This document shows, one piece after another, positions 62,792 through 64,000 of a stretch of 64,000 nt of DNA (positions within the stretch are counted from its first letter, which is position 1; each line of letters opens with the position of its first letter). This DNA comes from Squalus acanthias (lineage: Eukaryota), in assembly GCA_030390025.1 (NCBI GenBank), contig JASTWF010000760.1, forward strand, positions 1 through 64,000, read 5' to 3'. The notes below the pieces were generated by a model. That model was not told where the DNA came from. It saw only the letters and a list, made by a program, of their open reading frames with translations, and did no database searches. The translations under genes and the position numbers were made by a program.

Positions 62792-63055
62792 GTTAAATAG
62801 ACATATATAGAGCGAGACAATGCCACAAACAGACAGGCAAGGAAAGAGTTTAGAGAGATCCTGCAGTAATTGGACACAATTAACACTCATTGGTGCAAAA
62901 CTGAAGACAGTTCTGAGAGACCAGCCAATCCTGTCCCTGGGAGACGCCCTCAGTTTCTCAATAAGTGAAGCCTGCCCCTGATCTGGGTGTAATCTTTAAT
63001 ATCACACATGTTTAGAAATTTGTGTTATTTTCTGTCGAACTCTAAACCAGACACC

Positions 63056-63493
63056 ATGTGCTCCCCATGTTCATTATTGATAATAATGGTCGTGCTGCCC
63101 GGTGAGTCCATGTTTAAATGGCCAGTGTGTGTTCCATGGGTTGTATTCACTCACAGGCTTTTCACATATTTTGTATTTTGTTACAGGAACGAGTGGCGAA
63201 GATTCAGTTTCTCAGGATCCGCCAGAATTAACGTCTCAGGAAGGACAGACCATAATACTGAACTGTAGTTACTCGGCAGAGTACGGTGGCTCAACTCTCT
63301 TCTGGTACATCCAGTACCCCGGGGAAGCTCCGATATATTTACTGAAGAGATACGGCAAGGGGCAGGGGGTAAGGTCTCCAGATACCCCAGACCGATTCTC
63401 TGCTGATTTGGACCAAGACAAGAAAACGGTTCCTTTAATCGTCTCCGGGGCTCTTGTCTCTGACTCTGCCGTGTATTTCTGTGCGCTGAGCCC
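63056..63493 (+). CDS. TCR alpha/delta V gene segment (leader 63056-63101, V exon 63187-63493)
   Basis: Leader MCSPCSLLIIMVVLP with G|GTGAGT; acceptor TTACAG|GA; EDSVSQ...ILNC...FWYIQYPGEAP...DSAVYFCALS; in frame. Confidence 0.94.
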
Positions 63494-63532
63494 CACACTG
63501 TTACAGGGGCGCAGTCACTCCGTACAAAAACA
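63494..63532 (+). promoter_or_regulatory. 23-RSS
   Basis: CACACTG (63494-63500), 23 nt, ACAAAAACA (63524-63532). Confidence 0.9.
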
Positions 63533-64000
63533 AACTCTCACCTCCTTTCATTGAATCAGATCTTGGACCTGGATTATGATCAGATAATATAACGCAAACC
63601 AAATTATAAAGACGAGTTTGGACGAATGGCCTGTTTCTGTGCTGTAATTATATGTATTATTCCCATTTATATCGGCTGTGGGAGTTCTCATGGTCAGAGA
63701 GCAGCTCTTTTAATGGGACTCTCCGGCACTTATACCAAACAACATGAACTATTTCCCTTCACTGCCTCCACCTCACAGATTGACCATGTTAAAGGGCCAG
63801 CGTTGGGTTTAATCCCACTCCAGTTCACTGTTGTAAGGAGAACAATTTCACTCCGTGCCCCGCTCCCCGCTCTGACGTCATGAGTTGGAGAACAAAGGAA
63901 CTGTGAGATGATTGGATGACTTGGAGAACAAAGGAGCTGTGATCTGATTGGATGAATTGGAGAACAAAGGACACGTGAGCTGATTGAATGTCATCTGTTG

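Overview
This window is vertebrate DNA from a cartilaginous fish (shark-type CR1 LINEs, a Deu-type SINE and NAR-TCR genes) and covers part of the T-cell receptor alpha/delta locus. Bases 1-34130 are a 60-bp tandem array of about 570 copies that runs off the left edge. Its unit is an amplified, slightly shortened copy of the 23-RSS of the adjacent V gene, so every unit carries a perfect CACAGTG heptamer. Next comes a minus-strand NAR-TCR cassette of unusual form. In transcription order it has a leader, an IgNAR-like V with an apparently pre-joined D and a 12-RSS, and a 23-RSS J. These are followed by a second NAR-TCR V whose VDJ is already joined in frame and whose own leader donor is destroyed, then a single leaderless supporting V-delta with a CDR1 cysteine. 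Splice phases and non-canonical cysteines fit a TCR-delta chain with three stacked V domains (hypothesis). The right part holds five conventional TRAV/TRDV-type segments in both orientations with RSSs, CTCF-like sites, an orphan leader, CR1 LINEs, a SINE, a MITE and small tandem repeats. No D-J-C delta or alpha constant region is visible. The long ORFs in the array are artefacts of a repeat length divisible by three.
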